DNA of 64,000 nucleotides from Nitrospiraceae bacterium (lineage in GTDB: Bacteria; Nitrospirota; Nitrospiria; Nitrospirales; Nitrospiraceae), in assembly GCA_050246315.1 (NCBI GenBank), contig JBFWWG010000001.1, forward strand, positions 480,001 through 544,000. Reading direction: 5' to 3'. The position numbers and the translations under genes are program-made. The notes under the pieces are model-generated. The model saw only the letters and a program-made list of their open reading frames with translations, searched no databases and was not told the origin of the DNA. This document shows, piece by piece, positions 19,605 to 27,983 of this stretch. The first letter of the stretch is position 1, and each line of letters opens with the position of its first letter.

Positions 19605-20960
19605 GTGTGTCCCGTGGCGTCTCCCATATGGATCAGGACATGGTCTGGGCCGGAATGGGGAATGGCGAGTTGTGATCCTTGCGCAGGGAACCACGAGCGT
19701 CTGGTTCGTGTCCGGAGGGGAGCGGTGACCTGCCGATTTCCCATCTCGGCTCGGTTTCTGATTCGTTCGGCCGTTCTCGGCGTAACGGTCCTGGCCGCCT
19801 GGCTATCTCTTCAGGCGGCGACGCTTCCATTTGCCTGGTTCTGGCTCAGCTGCGGGATGGCCATGCTTCTGTTCGGATTCACCGCCCGGCGGACGGCCGC
19901 CAAGGCGGTCTGGGTCAACCTCTGTGCGGCCATGGTGTCCCTCGCATTGGCCGAGGTGTATTTTTGGAACACGAAGGTGGTGAAGACCAACACCTATTGC
20001 TGCGACGACCGCTATTTCGTCCGCGACGATCTCTTAGGAGTGGTGCCTCGGAAGAGCTTCGCCGCGACCCATGTGAAGACCGCGAATGCGCTTCCCCTTT
20101 ACAAGGTCACCTACACCATTGACGCCAATAGATTGCGCATTCCGCCCCCCTACGATGAACGAAACAGCCGCGGGTCCATCCTCTTTTTCGGCTGCTCCTA
20201 CACCATGGGCGATGGAGTGGAAGATACCGAGACTCTGCCCTATCTGACCGGCCTTCTGACACAGGGCCGCTACGCCGTTTACAATTTCGGGTTTCATGGC
20301 TATAGCGCGCAACAGATGTTGGCCAACCTGGAGTCAGGGCGAGTCCAGAATATCGTGACCGTGGCGCCTCAGCACATCATCTACCAGACCATCCCGTATC
20401 ACATGGAACGGGTAGCAGGCCTCATGACCTGGTTCCCGCATGCGCCGCGATACCGTCACTCGGACGGCGGCCGCGTCGTCCCCGACGGGCACCTCGACAC
20501 GGTGGAGGACGAAACCCGCTATTCACGGATCGAGCGGTTCTGGCGGAGTCAGGGATCCATCGGGCAGGCCATCTCCACGACCATGCGAAAGTCCTACATC
20601 TACGACAAATTGGTGCCTCCATTACGAAGCCTGACCGGCGAGGACGTCCGTCTCTATCTGGACGTGGTCTCGCAGGCGCGAGCGGCGGCGGCGAGGCAAT
20701 ATCCCCAGAGCGAGTTCCATATTATTCTGTGGGACAACATGTTCGTTAAACACGATTATCTCCAATTCCTTCCTCAAGTGCTGGAAGGGTTCCGGAAGGA
20801 GCGCGTGCGGGTCCACCTCGTGTCCGAGATCATTCCGGACTATGACGCCAGTGCGCCGAATACGAAGTATGAAATCCATGCGCACGATAGCCATCCGAAT
20901 CCCTTCACGTATCGTCTCTTGGCGACCTATATCGCCAAGAACATTCTTCACGCGGATTGA
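19605..20960 (+). CDS. Membrane-anchored SGNH/GDSL hydrolase-like protein (start uncertain)
   Basis: Transmembrane segments, FGCSYTMG, NFGFHGY, DSHPN. Confidence 0.75.
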   Translation: MCPVASPIWIRTWSGPEWGMASCDPCAGNHERLVRVRRGAVTCRFPISARFLIRSAVLGVTVLAAWLSLQAATLPFAWFWLSCGMAMLLFGFTARRTAAKAVWVNLCAAMVSLALAEVYFWNTKVVKTNTYCCDDRYFVRDDLLGVVPRKSFAATHVKTANALPLYKVTYTIDANRLRIPPPYDERNSRGSILFFGCSYTMGDGVEDTETLPYLTGLLTQGRYAVYNFGFHGYSAQQMLANLESGRVQNIVTVAPQHIIYQTIPYHMERVAGLMTWFPHAPRYRHSDGGRVVPDGHLDTVEDETRYSRIERFWRSQGSIGQAISTTMRKSYIYDKLVPPLRSLTGEDVRLYLDVVSQARAAAARQYPQSEFHIILWDNMFVKHDYLQFLPQVLEGFRKERVRVHLVSEIIPDYDASAPNTKYEIHAHDSHPNPFTYRLLATYIAKNILHAD

Positions 20961-21003
20961 GGCAAGGGGTGGGTCTTCAGCACCACAAAGGGGTCACACA
21001 AAG

Positions 21004-21471
21004 GGGTCAGGTCTTGCAATCATGCACGAGCTTGCTCGATCTGCTTCAGCCGGCGTGGGTCGCTAGCTTTGCGCCGACGGGGTTGAGCACCACAGATCGG
21101 CACAACTCCGACAGGTGCGCATCCTTTTCCACAAGAATGGCTCTGAATCGATCTTCAAACAGATGGCCAACCCGACCATGCCGGCGATTGAAGGCCTGAA
21201 CGTATACGCCGTTCAACTGGCGCATGCCCTGCGAGAGCGTCGGTCGTGGTATATCGACGAGCAGATGGTCGCGATTGTCCATCAGGCAGTAGGCCTGATA
21301 CAGCCGGCCATACCGGTCGATCATCTGGGCGAGGGTGGCGAGAAACCGCGCATGATCTTTGTCATCGCGCACGATCGGCTGGTGGGAGTTTCCGCGTCCA
21401 GTCAGTTGGTAGACGGCGTGGGGAAACTCCAGACGAGCGGGTGAGCAATGTATGATTGCAAGACCTGACCC
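21004..21471 (-). mobile_element. Non-autonomous RAYT (IS200-like Y1)-derived element, type A, copy 1
   Basis: Perfect 20-bp inverted repeats GGGTCAGGTCTTGCAATCAT (21004-21023 / 21452-21471); internal remnant AYCLMDNRDHLL...FNRRHGRVGHLFEDRF...VVLNPV. Confidence 0.85.
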
Positions 21472-21493
21472 TCCATTTGCGCTCCATTTGATT

Positions 21494-21543
21494 TGACGAA
21501 GGAGCGTCGCTTTTTGCTGTCCGAGTTGATGCTGTTGTTCGGG
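21494..21543 (-). other. Truncated attC of the last cassette (R''-L'' half only)
   Basis: Minus strand CCCGAAC-AACAG-CATCAACT-CGGACAGCAAAAAGCGACGCTCCTTCGTC, then cut by the flank of the RAYT-derived element. Confidence 0.7.
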
Positions 21544-21550
21544 TTCTGAT

Positions 21551-22567
21551 TCAAACCAGCACCGACTCTACCGGACGCCGTAGTGATCTCGGCATTTCCT
21601 TTCCTCTGCCGAAGCGCACGACGAGATCGAGCCTCCGGTCACCCAACCTCAGGGCTTTGGCGAATTCGAGGCGAAGGCGGGATTCCTCGACAGGTTGGTT
21701 CACAAAAGCATTCCGGATTCCCAACGCCGTGGCTTGCAGCGCGAAGCGCTCATAACAGCGGCCTGCTTCGACCCAGTGAACCTTGTCGTTGACGTTCGAT
21801 ACGAACACGGCGATTCCCGCCGAACTGCGGATTTGGCGGGCATACTTGGCATTTTCAGGTTTCACGCGAAAAAGCGAACGGAACAGTAGCCTCCCCAGCC
21901 AGCGTGGAGTCGGAGGGCTTCCGGTCGATCGAGCCGTCAACCCATCACCGGTTCGGATCGCCTCGCCATCGCTGAAGCGAATCCAACTCTCTAACTCGCT
22001 CACAAAAGCCGGGTTGTCGATCTGCATGGTGTTGCCCTGAACCACATATTCGAGAACCTTCTCCATTGCTTCCCGCTCAGTCAGCAGGATGACCACAACG
22101 CCGTTCCCGGTTCCGGCTGTTTCGAGCAGCCGCAGTTCTTCCGTGGCCAGTGGTCTACCGTCAAAGCTGGTTCGTGTGCATTGTCGATAGGGAATTGCTT
22201 TGAACAGAGGCGATTCTTCCGCTTTCCATCGTTCCAGCATGACCGTGATTACTCCGCCGGAAGCAGGACTGAAATCCACATTCCCCATGAAGCCGGATGC
22301 CCTTGCCGCCTGGACAAGATTCTCGGCGGCGCATCCCAGCGACACGAAGAGATGATGGTCATCCGGATCGACCACCGGGGTACGTCGGGACAGATCCGGC
22401 AGGATTGCAATGGAACGATTCTCCAGCCGAAACCGCCAACATTGTGTGTTGTGCCCGGACGGGGCCAACGTGGCGTAGCGGACGATCTCTTTCATCTGCG
22501 CCGCCTCATCGGACGGCACGCCTTCCGAGTGGCGCCAGATGCTTTTCACCGCCTCAGCGTAATTCAT
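21551..22567 (-). CDS. Acg-family FMN-binding nitroreductase-like protein (cassette)
   Basis: LAPSGHNTQCW, SLGCAAENL, R.C.R..F, FVNQPVE, RSLRRP. Confidence 0.85.
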   Translation of the reverse strand: MNYAEAVKSIWRHSEGVPSDEAAQMKEIVRYATLAPSGHNTQCWRFRLENRSIAILPDLSRRTPVVDPDDHHLFVSLGCAAENLVQAARASGFMGNVDFSPASGGVITVMLERWKAEESPLFKAIPYRQCTRTSFDGRPLATEELRLLETAGTGNGVVVILLTEREAMEKVLEYVVQGNTMQIDNPAFVSELESWIRFSDGEAIRTGDGLTARSTGSPPTPRWLGRLLFRSLFRVKPENAKYARQIRSSAGIAVFVSNVNDKVHWVEAGRCYERFALQATALGIRNAFVNQPVEESRLRLEFAKALRLGDRRLDLVVRFGRGKEMPRSLRRPVESVLV

Positions 22568-22586
22568 CTCGCCGATTGCCTCGCAA

Positions 22587-22652
22587 CCCTAGCGCTCGAG
22601 ATCAGCCGACCCAGAACCGCGCAGGGCCGTCCGCTGCCCGCTCCTGTTGGAC
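22587..22652 (-). other. attC of the mrr cassette with non-canonical R' (GCTAGGG)
   Basis: Minus strand GTCCAAC-AGGAG-CGGGCAGC...GCTGATC-TCGAGC-GCTAGGG. Confidence 0.65.
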
Positions 22653-22661
22653 GGCCCGCGG

Positions 22662-23573
22662 CTACTCCTCGCTGAAGTAGTCGGAATCAATCTTCTTCAC
22701 CTCATAGGAGCGAGCTAGGGACACGCCGACGTTGTGGTCAATCATGTGCTTTGCGAGCGCCGCGCCATCGATGAGCACGATCGTGCTGTCGATTCGAGAG
22801 GCGAACTCAATGGCGTCGGCGGAAAAGGACGACGTCGTAATGAATACTCCCTTGCGGGCCCGATGCCCCTGAAGCGCTCCAGCGAACTTCTGGATCTCGG
22901 GGCGTCCCACCGTAGAGTCCCAGCGCTTCGCCTGGATGTAAATCACATCGAGCCCCAGGCGATCCTCCTTGATGATCCCGTCGATCCCTCCGTCGCCACT
23001 CTTGCCGACAGCCTGCCCGGCGTCGCGAAGCGTTCCTCCGTAACCCATCCGAACAAGAAGCTCGACAACGAGGCGCTCGAAGAATGATGGGGATGCGCCT
23101 TTCACTTGGTCGAGGAGTTCACCTTCGAGATCGAGTCGGAGGCGGCCGTATGCCGCATCCAAGGCTTCCTCAGGTGTGGCGTCGCTAGAGACGATGATCG
23201 GTGTTGGCGCTTCATCCGGACGCTCATGTCGCAGCTCTCGGAAAGCCACGAACTCCGGAAACTGCTCCAGATACTTGACATCGACGCGCTCGGGCTTCGA
23301 CGCGAGCACGGATTGCCCGCGATCGGTGATACGGAAGTAGCCCCGGCGAACAGACTCAATCAGACCAGCCTTCTTGAGGTAAGTCCGCGCCCAACCCGCT
23401 CGGTTCCGAATCACGGTCTGCTGACCGCTGCCGAGCAACTGCTGGCGCTCCTCGGACGACAGACTGAACTCGTCGGCTAACGAGTCCACAACTTCCCCGA
23501 TGTTGTGCTCCTTGCCATCCCTGAGGAATCGAAGGAGAGGCAGCATCACCGTTTGGTAGTCGGGTATCGCCAT
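22662..23573 (-). CDS. mrr: Mrr type IV restriction endonuclease (cassette)
   Basis: MAIPDYQ Mrr_N domain, FERLVVELL, DGGIDG, IQAKRW, LIDG. Confidence 0.95.
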   Translation of the reverse strand: MAIPDYQTVMLPLLRFLRDGKEHNIGEVVDSLADEFSLSSEERQQLLGSGQQTVIRNRAGWARTYLKKAGLIESVRRGYFRITDRGQSVLASKPERVDVKYLEQFPEFVAFRELRHERPDEAPTPIIVSSDATPEEALDAAYGRLRLDLEGELLDQVKGASPSFFERLVVELLVRMGYGGTLRDAGQAVGKSGDGGIDGIIKEDRLGLDVIYIQAKRWDSTVGRPEIQKFAGALQGHRARKGVFITTSSFSADAIEFASRIDSTIVLIDGAALAKHMIDHNVGVSLARSYEVKKIDSDYFSEE

Positions 23574-23602
23574 TCAAGACTCTCAGCCATCCGTCTTTCG
23601 GT

Positions 23603-23649
23603 CCGTCCGCTCCCGTTCAGCGGCGCGCCGCTGAACGGGATGGTTGGGC
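23603..23649 (-). other. Defective attC, GTT of R' missing
   Basis: Minus strand GCCCAAC-CATCC-CGTTCAGCGGCGCGCCGCTGAAC-GGGAGC-[GTT]-GGACGG; R'' GACGCCCAAC complements the cassette start at 24419-24428. Confidence 0.7.
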
Positions 23650-24405
23650 GTCTGGCTTCTGAAGCACCCAGATCATCACCGGACTTCGGCCTGCATCGAA
23701 CGGAGAGCGATCGTAGTTTCCATAGAGATCGAGGACATGGAATCCCGCGTCTCGCGCCATGGTCTCGAAATGATCTCTTTCGACGAACTCGAACTCCATT
23801 GGCATCAGGTGCTTCGAGCGCAGCCGCCCGTCACTATCGAAAAACTCAAAAACTTGAAGGCGCGTCACCAGAGGCCGTCCGCCCTGTTCGAAGCCGGAGA
23901 CGACGAGGCTCCCGTCCGGTGTCGCAAAGCGTCCGACGAGGCGCAGCGTTCCATCCACTTGGGCTCGGCGCACGGCGGGATTGTGCATCGTGCAGATGAA
24001 GCGGCCGCCTGGCGCCAAACATGCGAACACGGCCGAAAGTGCCTGGCGCTGACGCGGCTCGCCTATGATTTCCATGAACGATTGGAATGGCAGCAGCGCG
24101 AGCTGATAGCGTGTGTGAAGCTCGAGTTGGCAGACATCGGCACACAGTACTTCTGCGCTGAGACCACGATCCCTCAGTTTACGAGACAGAACGTCGAGCA
24201 TTCCGCGGGATCCATCGATGCAGGTCAATTGCGCTCCCGCCTGGATCAGCGCGAGTGAGAGCCGACCTGTGCCTGCGGTCAATTCCAAGATCGGCCCCTC
24301 GACCTTCGCCGTTTCCTCCAGAAAGAACGGGATGTCGTAGTCCGCGGCCACGTACAGGTCATAGATCTCCGCGACGCTGTCGTAGTCGACCGGAGTACGG
24401 CTCAT
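23617..24405 (-). CDS. Class I SAM-dependent methyltransferase (cassette)
   Basis: ILELTAGTGR, LAPGGRF; stop codon falls inside its attC. Confidence 0.88.
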   Translation of the reverse strand: MSRTPVDYDSVAEIYDLYVAADYDIPFFLEETAKVEGPILELTAGTGRLSLALIQAGAQLTCIDGSRGMLDVLSRKLRDRGLSAEVLCADVCQLELHTRYQLALLPFQSFMEIIGEPRQRQALSAVFACLAPGGRFICTMHNPAVRRAQVDGTLRLVGRFATPDGSLVVSGFEQGGRPLVTRLQVFEFFDSDGRLRSKHLMPMEFEFVERDHFETMARDAGFHVLDLYGNYDRSPFDAGRSPVMIWVLQKPDAQPSRSAARR

Positions 24406-24510
24406 AGCTGCCTCATAAGACGCCCAACGCCTGAATGAAGCCGCGCCGCGTAGCGGCGTCGGGTTGAATGAATGAACCAGAATAGTGAACCAGTACGGGT
24501 CACAGAATTA

Positions 24511-25158
24511 GGGGGCAGAGTACTCTTGCCTGGTGGGATGTAGCTCGTTTGGTCGACCCCCTGTTTCCCCTATCAAGCTCCTTCCGACTTTCCTGCCGAT
24601 GGCCTCCCTGATACGTCTTACCTCCCACCACTCGCCCTGCTGCGTCGCTGTCCGGATGCGATCCCATTCATGGTCAGGCAATGAGTCCTCAAGCCGGCTG
24701 GCATAGGCGCTCGCTCGGGCTTGTGGGTTGTCTCCCAACGTCACGTACCAGGAGTCCTCATCAAGAAGAGGATCTGGTCGTCCCAGGGCCCGTCCGGTCA
24801 TGGTCGGCATTGAAATACCGGACATAGCGTTGCCCAACGCTCTGCATGAAACGACTCAGATCGCCTTCGTGTCCCGGTTCCATCAAGAGATGAACATGGT
24901 TGGTCATGAGCACGGATGCATGGAGCCGTACCCCGCATTGCTGTTTGGCCACGAGCAGACACTCGCCAAAGACCTGATAGGCCTTCGGAGCATGAAAGAC
25001 AGGTTGCCGATTATTGCCGCGCTGGATGACGTGATGTGGGGACGCCGGTAGGCTAAGTCGAGGCGGACGCGCCATGATTGGCAAACCCCGCACACCAGTG
25101 AGGTCGGGACCCTACGTCACGGCTGGCGGGACTGTCAATGCAATAGTTCTCTGACCCC
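24511..25158 (-). mobile_element. RAYT-derived element type B containing a disrupted Y1 transposase pseudogene (about 24508-25075)
   Basis: MARPPRL..PHHVIQRGNNRQPVF..VLMTNHVHLL..RYFN then frameshift/deletion; imperfect inverted repeats GGGGGCAGAGTACTCTTG / CAATAGTTCTCTGACCCC. Confidence 0.8.
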
Positions 25159-25171
25159 TATTCCGGTTCCA

Positions 25172-25312
25172 ATCTTTGTCATCGCGCACGATCCACTGGT
25201 GGGAGTCTCCGCGTCCAGTCAGATGGTGGACGGCGTGGGGAAACTCCAGACGAGTGGGCGAGCCATGCTGGAACTCGACTCCAACGCGATGTGTGACTGC
25301 AAGACCTGACCC
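25172..25312 (-). mobile_element. Partial type A RAYT-derived element (one terminus plus transposase 5' end)
   Basis: Closely matches 27841-27982; ends in TGACTGCAAGACCTGACCC. Confidence 0.8.
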
Positions 25313-25375
25313 TCAATTCCCACCATTCCTCAATTCGGTGGACCCTCCATTCGGTGAATGAATTGTTAGCCGAAC

Positions 25376-25828
25376 CTACGCTTTGACAGGGTAACGGCTG
25401 GAAATGGCGATACGGTTCCAAGTATTGATGACCACCGCAAGCCATTCGATGGCCGCGATTTCCTCTTTGGAAAGATGTGCGGAAGCTTGCTCGTAAACCG
25501 TATCTGGCAATTGACCATCTGAGATCAGCGTGATCGCCTCCACCAACTTCAGAGCGGCACGTTCTTTTTGCGTGAAGTAATCGGTCTCTCGCCATGCTGC
25601 GAGAACAGAGATGCGATCACTGCTCTCTCCACTGGCCAATGCATTCCGTGTATGCAGCCTGACGCAGAATGCACATTGGTTGATCTGAGAAGCCCGCAAG
25701 CGTAAGAGGTGAGAGAGGCCATCTGAGATACCTGCTTGGGTCGTTGCGTCAGACGCAAGCCGATCGAGTGCAACAACTGCCTGATATAGCGCAGGCGAGA
25801 ATGTTCCAAGATTGATTCTTTCAGTCAT
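25376..25828 (-). CDS. Carboxymuconolactone decarboxylase/AhpD-family protein (cassette)
   Basis: LRLRASQINQCAFCVRLH, INTWNRI. Confidence 0.9.
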   Translation of the reverse strand: MTERINLGTFSPALYQAVVALDRLASDATTQAGISDGLSHLLRLRASQINQCAFCVRLHTRNALASGESSDRISVLAAWRETDYFTQKERAALKLVEAITLISDGQLPDTVYEQASAHLSKEEIAAIEWLAVVINTWNRIAISSRYPVKA

Positions 25829-25847
25829 GCAGATTCCTCTGCTTGGA

Positions 25848-25915
25848 GGCTAACGCCGCCGTTCACCTGCGGCGGAGCGAGTGATCGCAGGGAGCGAGGC
25901 CGGCGTCAGGTGAAC
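25848..25915 (-). other. Half attC (L''-L'-R', no R'') fused to the next attC
   Basis: Minus strand GTTCACC...GGTGAAC-GGCGGC-GTTAGCC. Confidence 0.7.
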
Positions 25916-25980
25916 GCTAGAGCTCAGCGGCGGCAATGGAGCGCTGCGGAACTGCCGTCCGCTGCAGTGCCTTGTTCGGC
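25909..25980 (-). other. attC of the 256-aa methyltransferase cassette
   Basis: Minus strand GCCGAAC-AAGGC-ACTGCAGC...GCTGAGC-TCTAGC-GTTCACC; begins right after the stop codon. Confidence 0.85.
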
Positions 25981-26751
25981 TTATTTGTTTCCAACATAGA
26001 TTGATATTGGATAGGAAAAATGGATTTCGTTGCCAACCAAGTGAGCATCCATGCCCAATGAATTAGCATTGATATCGTTTTTGAATATGTCCCTTATCTT
26101 GTCATCATCCCCAGGTTTGGGAAACGATGCCTTGAGTTGCTTTTCAAGCTCCATCGGAACGGTATAGCGTCCACGCCGAAGATTGCTCAACCCGGATTGT
26201 CCAAGAAGTTGTTCCCATGACTCGTATGACAACGCTCGGGTATGAGATGGATCACGGAGCTTTTCCATGTGGTTGTAGGCCTCAGCTTTGTCGGCAGGCA
26301 ATGCTGCGTCTGCTATCAAAACAACGCCTTTCGGCTTACAGACTCTGATCATCTCCGTCAAGACCGCCTTCGGGTCGAGAAAGTGATGGAAGCTGTATCT
26401 GGTAACGACGATGGAGAATGAATCGGATGCGTAAGGCAATGGGGATGCGGTTCCGATGTCCCATGAGAGATTGGTCAAACCAAGTTCCTTTTGGCGATTC
26501 ATTGCCTGCTGGATCATCGTTTCGGTGAGATCAACTCCCGTAACATGCTGAGCCACCTTGGCAAACTCGCAAGCCACCAGCCCAGGTCCACATGCAACAT
26601 CGAGGACGAGGTCATCACCAGAAACGTTGCACATCTCGATGAGCATGTGGATTGAGTCCAAGTGCCCAGGCAACTTGGCGAAGGGAATTGCCTGCTGGGT
26701 AAATTGTTTCACAATCTCCGCGTCATGTTCCTGTTGACTTCTTGCGGTCAT
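25981..26751 (-). CDS. UbiE-like class I SAM methyltransferase (cassette)
   Basis: VLDVACGPG, LPYASDSFSIV, FHHF, RDPSH; AAGGAG RBS just after GTTAGGC. Confidence 0.9.
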   Translation of the reverse strand: MTARSQQEHDAEIVKQFTQQAIPFAKLPGHLDSIHMLIEMCNVSGDDLVLDVACGPGLVACEFAKVAQHVTGVDLTETMIQQAMNRQKELGLTNLSWDIGTASPLPYASDSFSIVVTRYSFHHFLDPKAVLTEMIRVCKPKGVVLIADAALPADKAEAYNHMEKLRDPSHTRALSYESWEQLLGQSGLSNLRRGRYTVPMELEKQLKASFPKPGDDDKIRDIFKNDINANSLGMDAHLVGNEIHFSYPISIYVGNK

Positions 26752-26766
26752 TCTTTATCTCCTTCT

Positions 26767-26868
26767 GCCTAACGCGGGGCCTGAGCCGCGCCTGGAAGCG
26801 GGCCGACCGAGGAGGAGTCTCAGAAACGGTCATTGTTCAGAGGTTCCTTTGGCGGCGTTGTGTTACAA
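26767..26868 (-). other. Degenerate attC of the GNAT cassette (R' clear, left arm poorly paired)
   Basis: R' GTTAGGC with GCTCAGG-CCCCGC upstream; candidate R'' TTGTAAC overlaps the GNAT stop. Confidence 0.45.
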
Positions 26869-27399
26869 GGACTTCTTCATGCGCAAAAGCGGAACCGCGG
26901 TACCTCCGCGACCATCAATCATGTTTTCGTCAGCCACATACCCGCAAGCGCGATAGAGGGGTTCTCCGGCCAAGGTGGCGACTAATTCCATCCTGGTAAA
27001 ACCTTCTGCTTGCGCCGCCGCTTCGCAGAGCGCAATGATCAGCCGCCCCACGCCTTTGCGGGTGTGGTGGGGATGGGTATACATCGCGCGGATGCGTGCC
27101 GCGTCTTTCGTCGGGTCGAGGAGGGCCGCACTGCGTCCGAGGGTCTGATCTCCACCATACAGGGTGGCACGGCGGCTCCATCCGCCACAGCCGGCAAGTT
27201 GACCATCTACATCTACAATGAAATAGGTCTTATCATCAATCAGCTGAGTGTCCAAGCCCATAATGGCTCGACTCGAGGCAATCTGGCGTTCATCGAGAAA
27301 TGGCTTCTGCAATTCTGCGATTGCCGCGTTCATTAACAGTCTTAACGCGTTGAGGTCGTGGCGGCCGGCCAGCCTGTGGATCAATGTCGCTTGCGTCAT
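26863..27399 (-). CDS. GNAT-family N-acetyltransferase (cassette; 5' cassette boundary lost)
   Basis: GCGGWSRRATLYGGD, AMYTHP..RKGVG, LYRACGY; AGGAGGAG RBS. Confidence 0.9.
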   Translation of the reverse strand: MTQATLIHRLAGRHDLNALRLLMNAAIAELQKPFLDERQIASSRAIMGLDTQLIDDKTYFIVDVDGQLAGCGGWSRRATLYGGDQTLGRSAALLDPTKDAARIRAMYTHPHHTRKGVGRLIIALCEAAAQAEGFTRMELVATLAGEPLYRACGYVADENMIDGRGGTAVPLLRMKKSL

Positions 27400-27489
27400 C
27401 ACTCCTCCTTGGGCCTGATTGAATTCAATCCTCGATGTCGGGGTCACGATTTCAGGGGTCAGATGTCAGGGTCACAGGGGTCAGATGTC

Positions 27490-27983
27490 AGGGTCAGGTC
27501 TTGCAATCATGCACGAGCTTGCTCGATCTGCTTCAGCCGGCGTGGGTCGCTAGCTTTGCACCGACGGGGTTGAGCACCACAGATCGGCACAACTCCGACA
27601 GGTGCGCATCTTTTTCCACGAGAATGGCTCTGAATCGATCTTCAAACAGATGGCCAACCCGACCATGCCGGCGATTGAAGGCCTGAACGTATACGCCGTT
27701 CAACTGGCGCATGCCCTGCGAGAGCGTCGGTCGTGGTATATCGACGAGCAGATGGTCGCGATTGTCCATCAGGCAGTAGGCCTGATACAGTCGGCCATAC
27801 CGGTCGATCATCTGAACGAGGGTGGTGAGAAACCGCGCACAATCGTTGTCATCGCGCACGAGCCACTGGTGGGCGTCTCCGCGTCCAGTCAGATGATGGA
27901 CGGCGTGGGGAAACTCCAGACGAGCGGGCGAGCCATGCCGGGACGCTACTTCAGCGCAATGTGTGATTGCAAGACCTGACCCT
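27490..27983 (-). mobile_element. Type A RAYT-derived element, copy 2
   Basis: Perfect 20-bp inverted repeats AGGGTCAGGTCTTGCAATCA; near-identical to 21004-21471, including the NRDH motif and the truncation point. Confidence 0.88.

Larger units (their letters stand above)
24422..25371 (-). other. 60-bp aadA/aadB-type attC split by an ~890-bp insertion (halves 24422-24473 and 25364-25371)
   Basis: Rejoined minus strand GGCTAAC-AATTC-ATTCAACC-CGACGCCGCTACGCGGCGCG-GCTTCAT-TCAGGC-GTTGGGC; TGAATGAAT repeated at 24465-24473 and 25355-25363. Confidence 0.85.

Noticed and set aside
19605..20960. SGNH-like gene as a further integron cassette
   Set aside because: It is on the opposite strand to the array and has no attC boxes at its ends.
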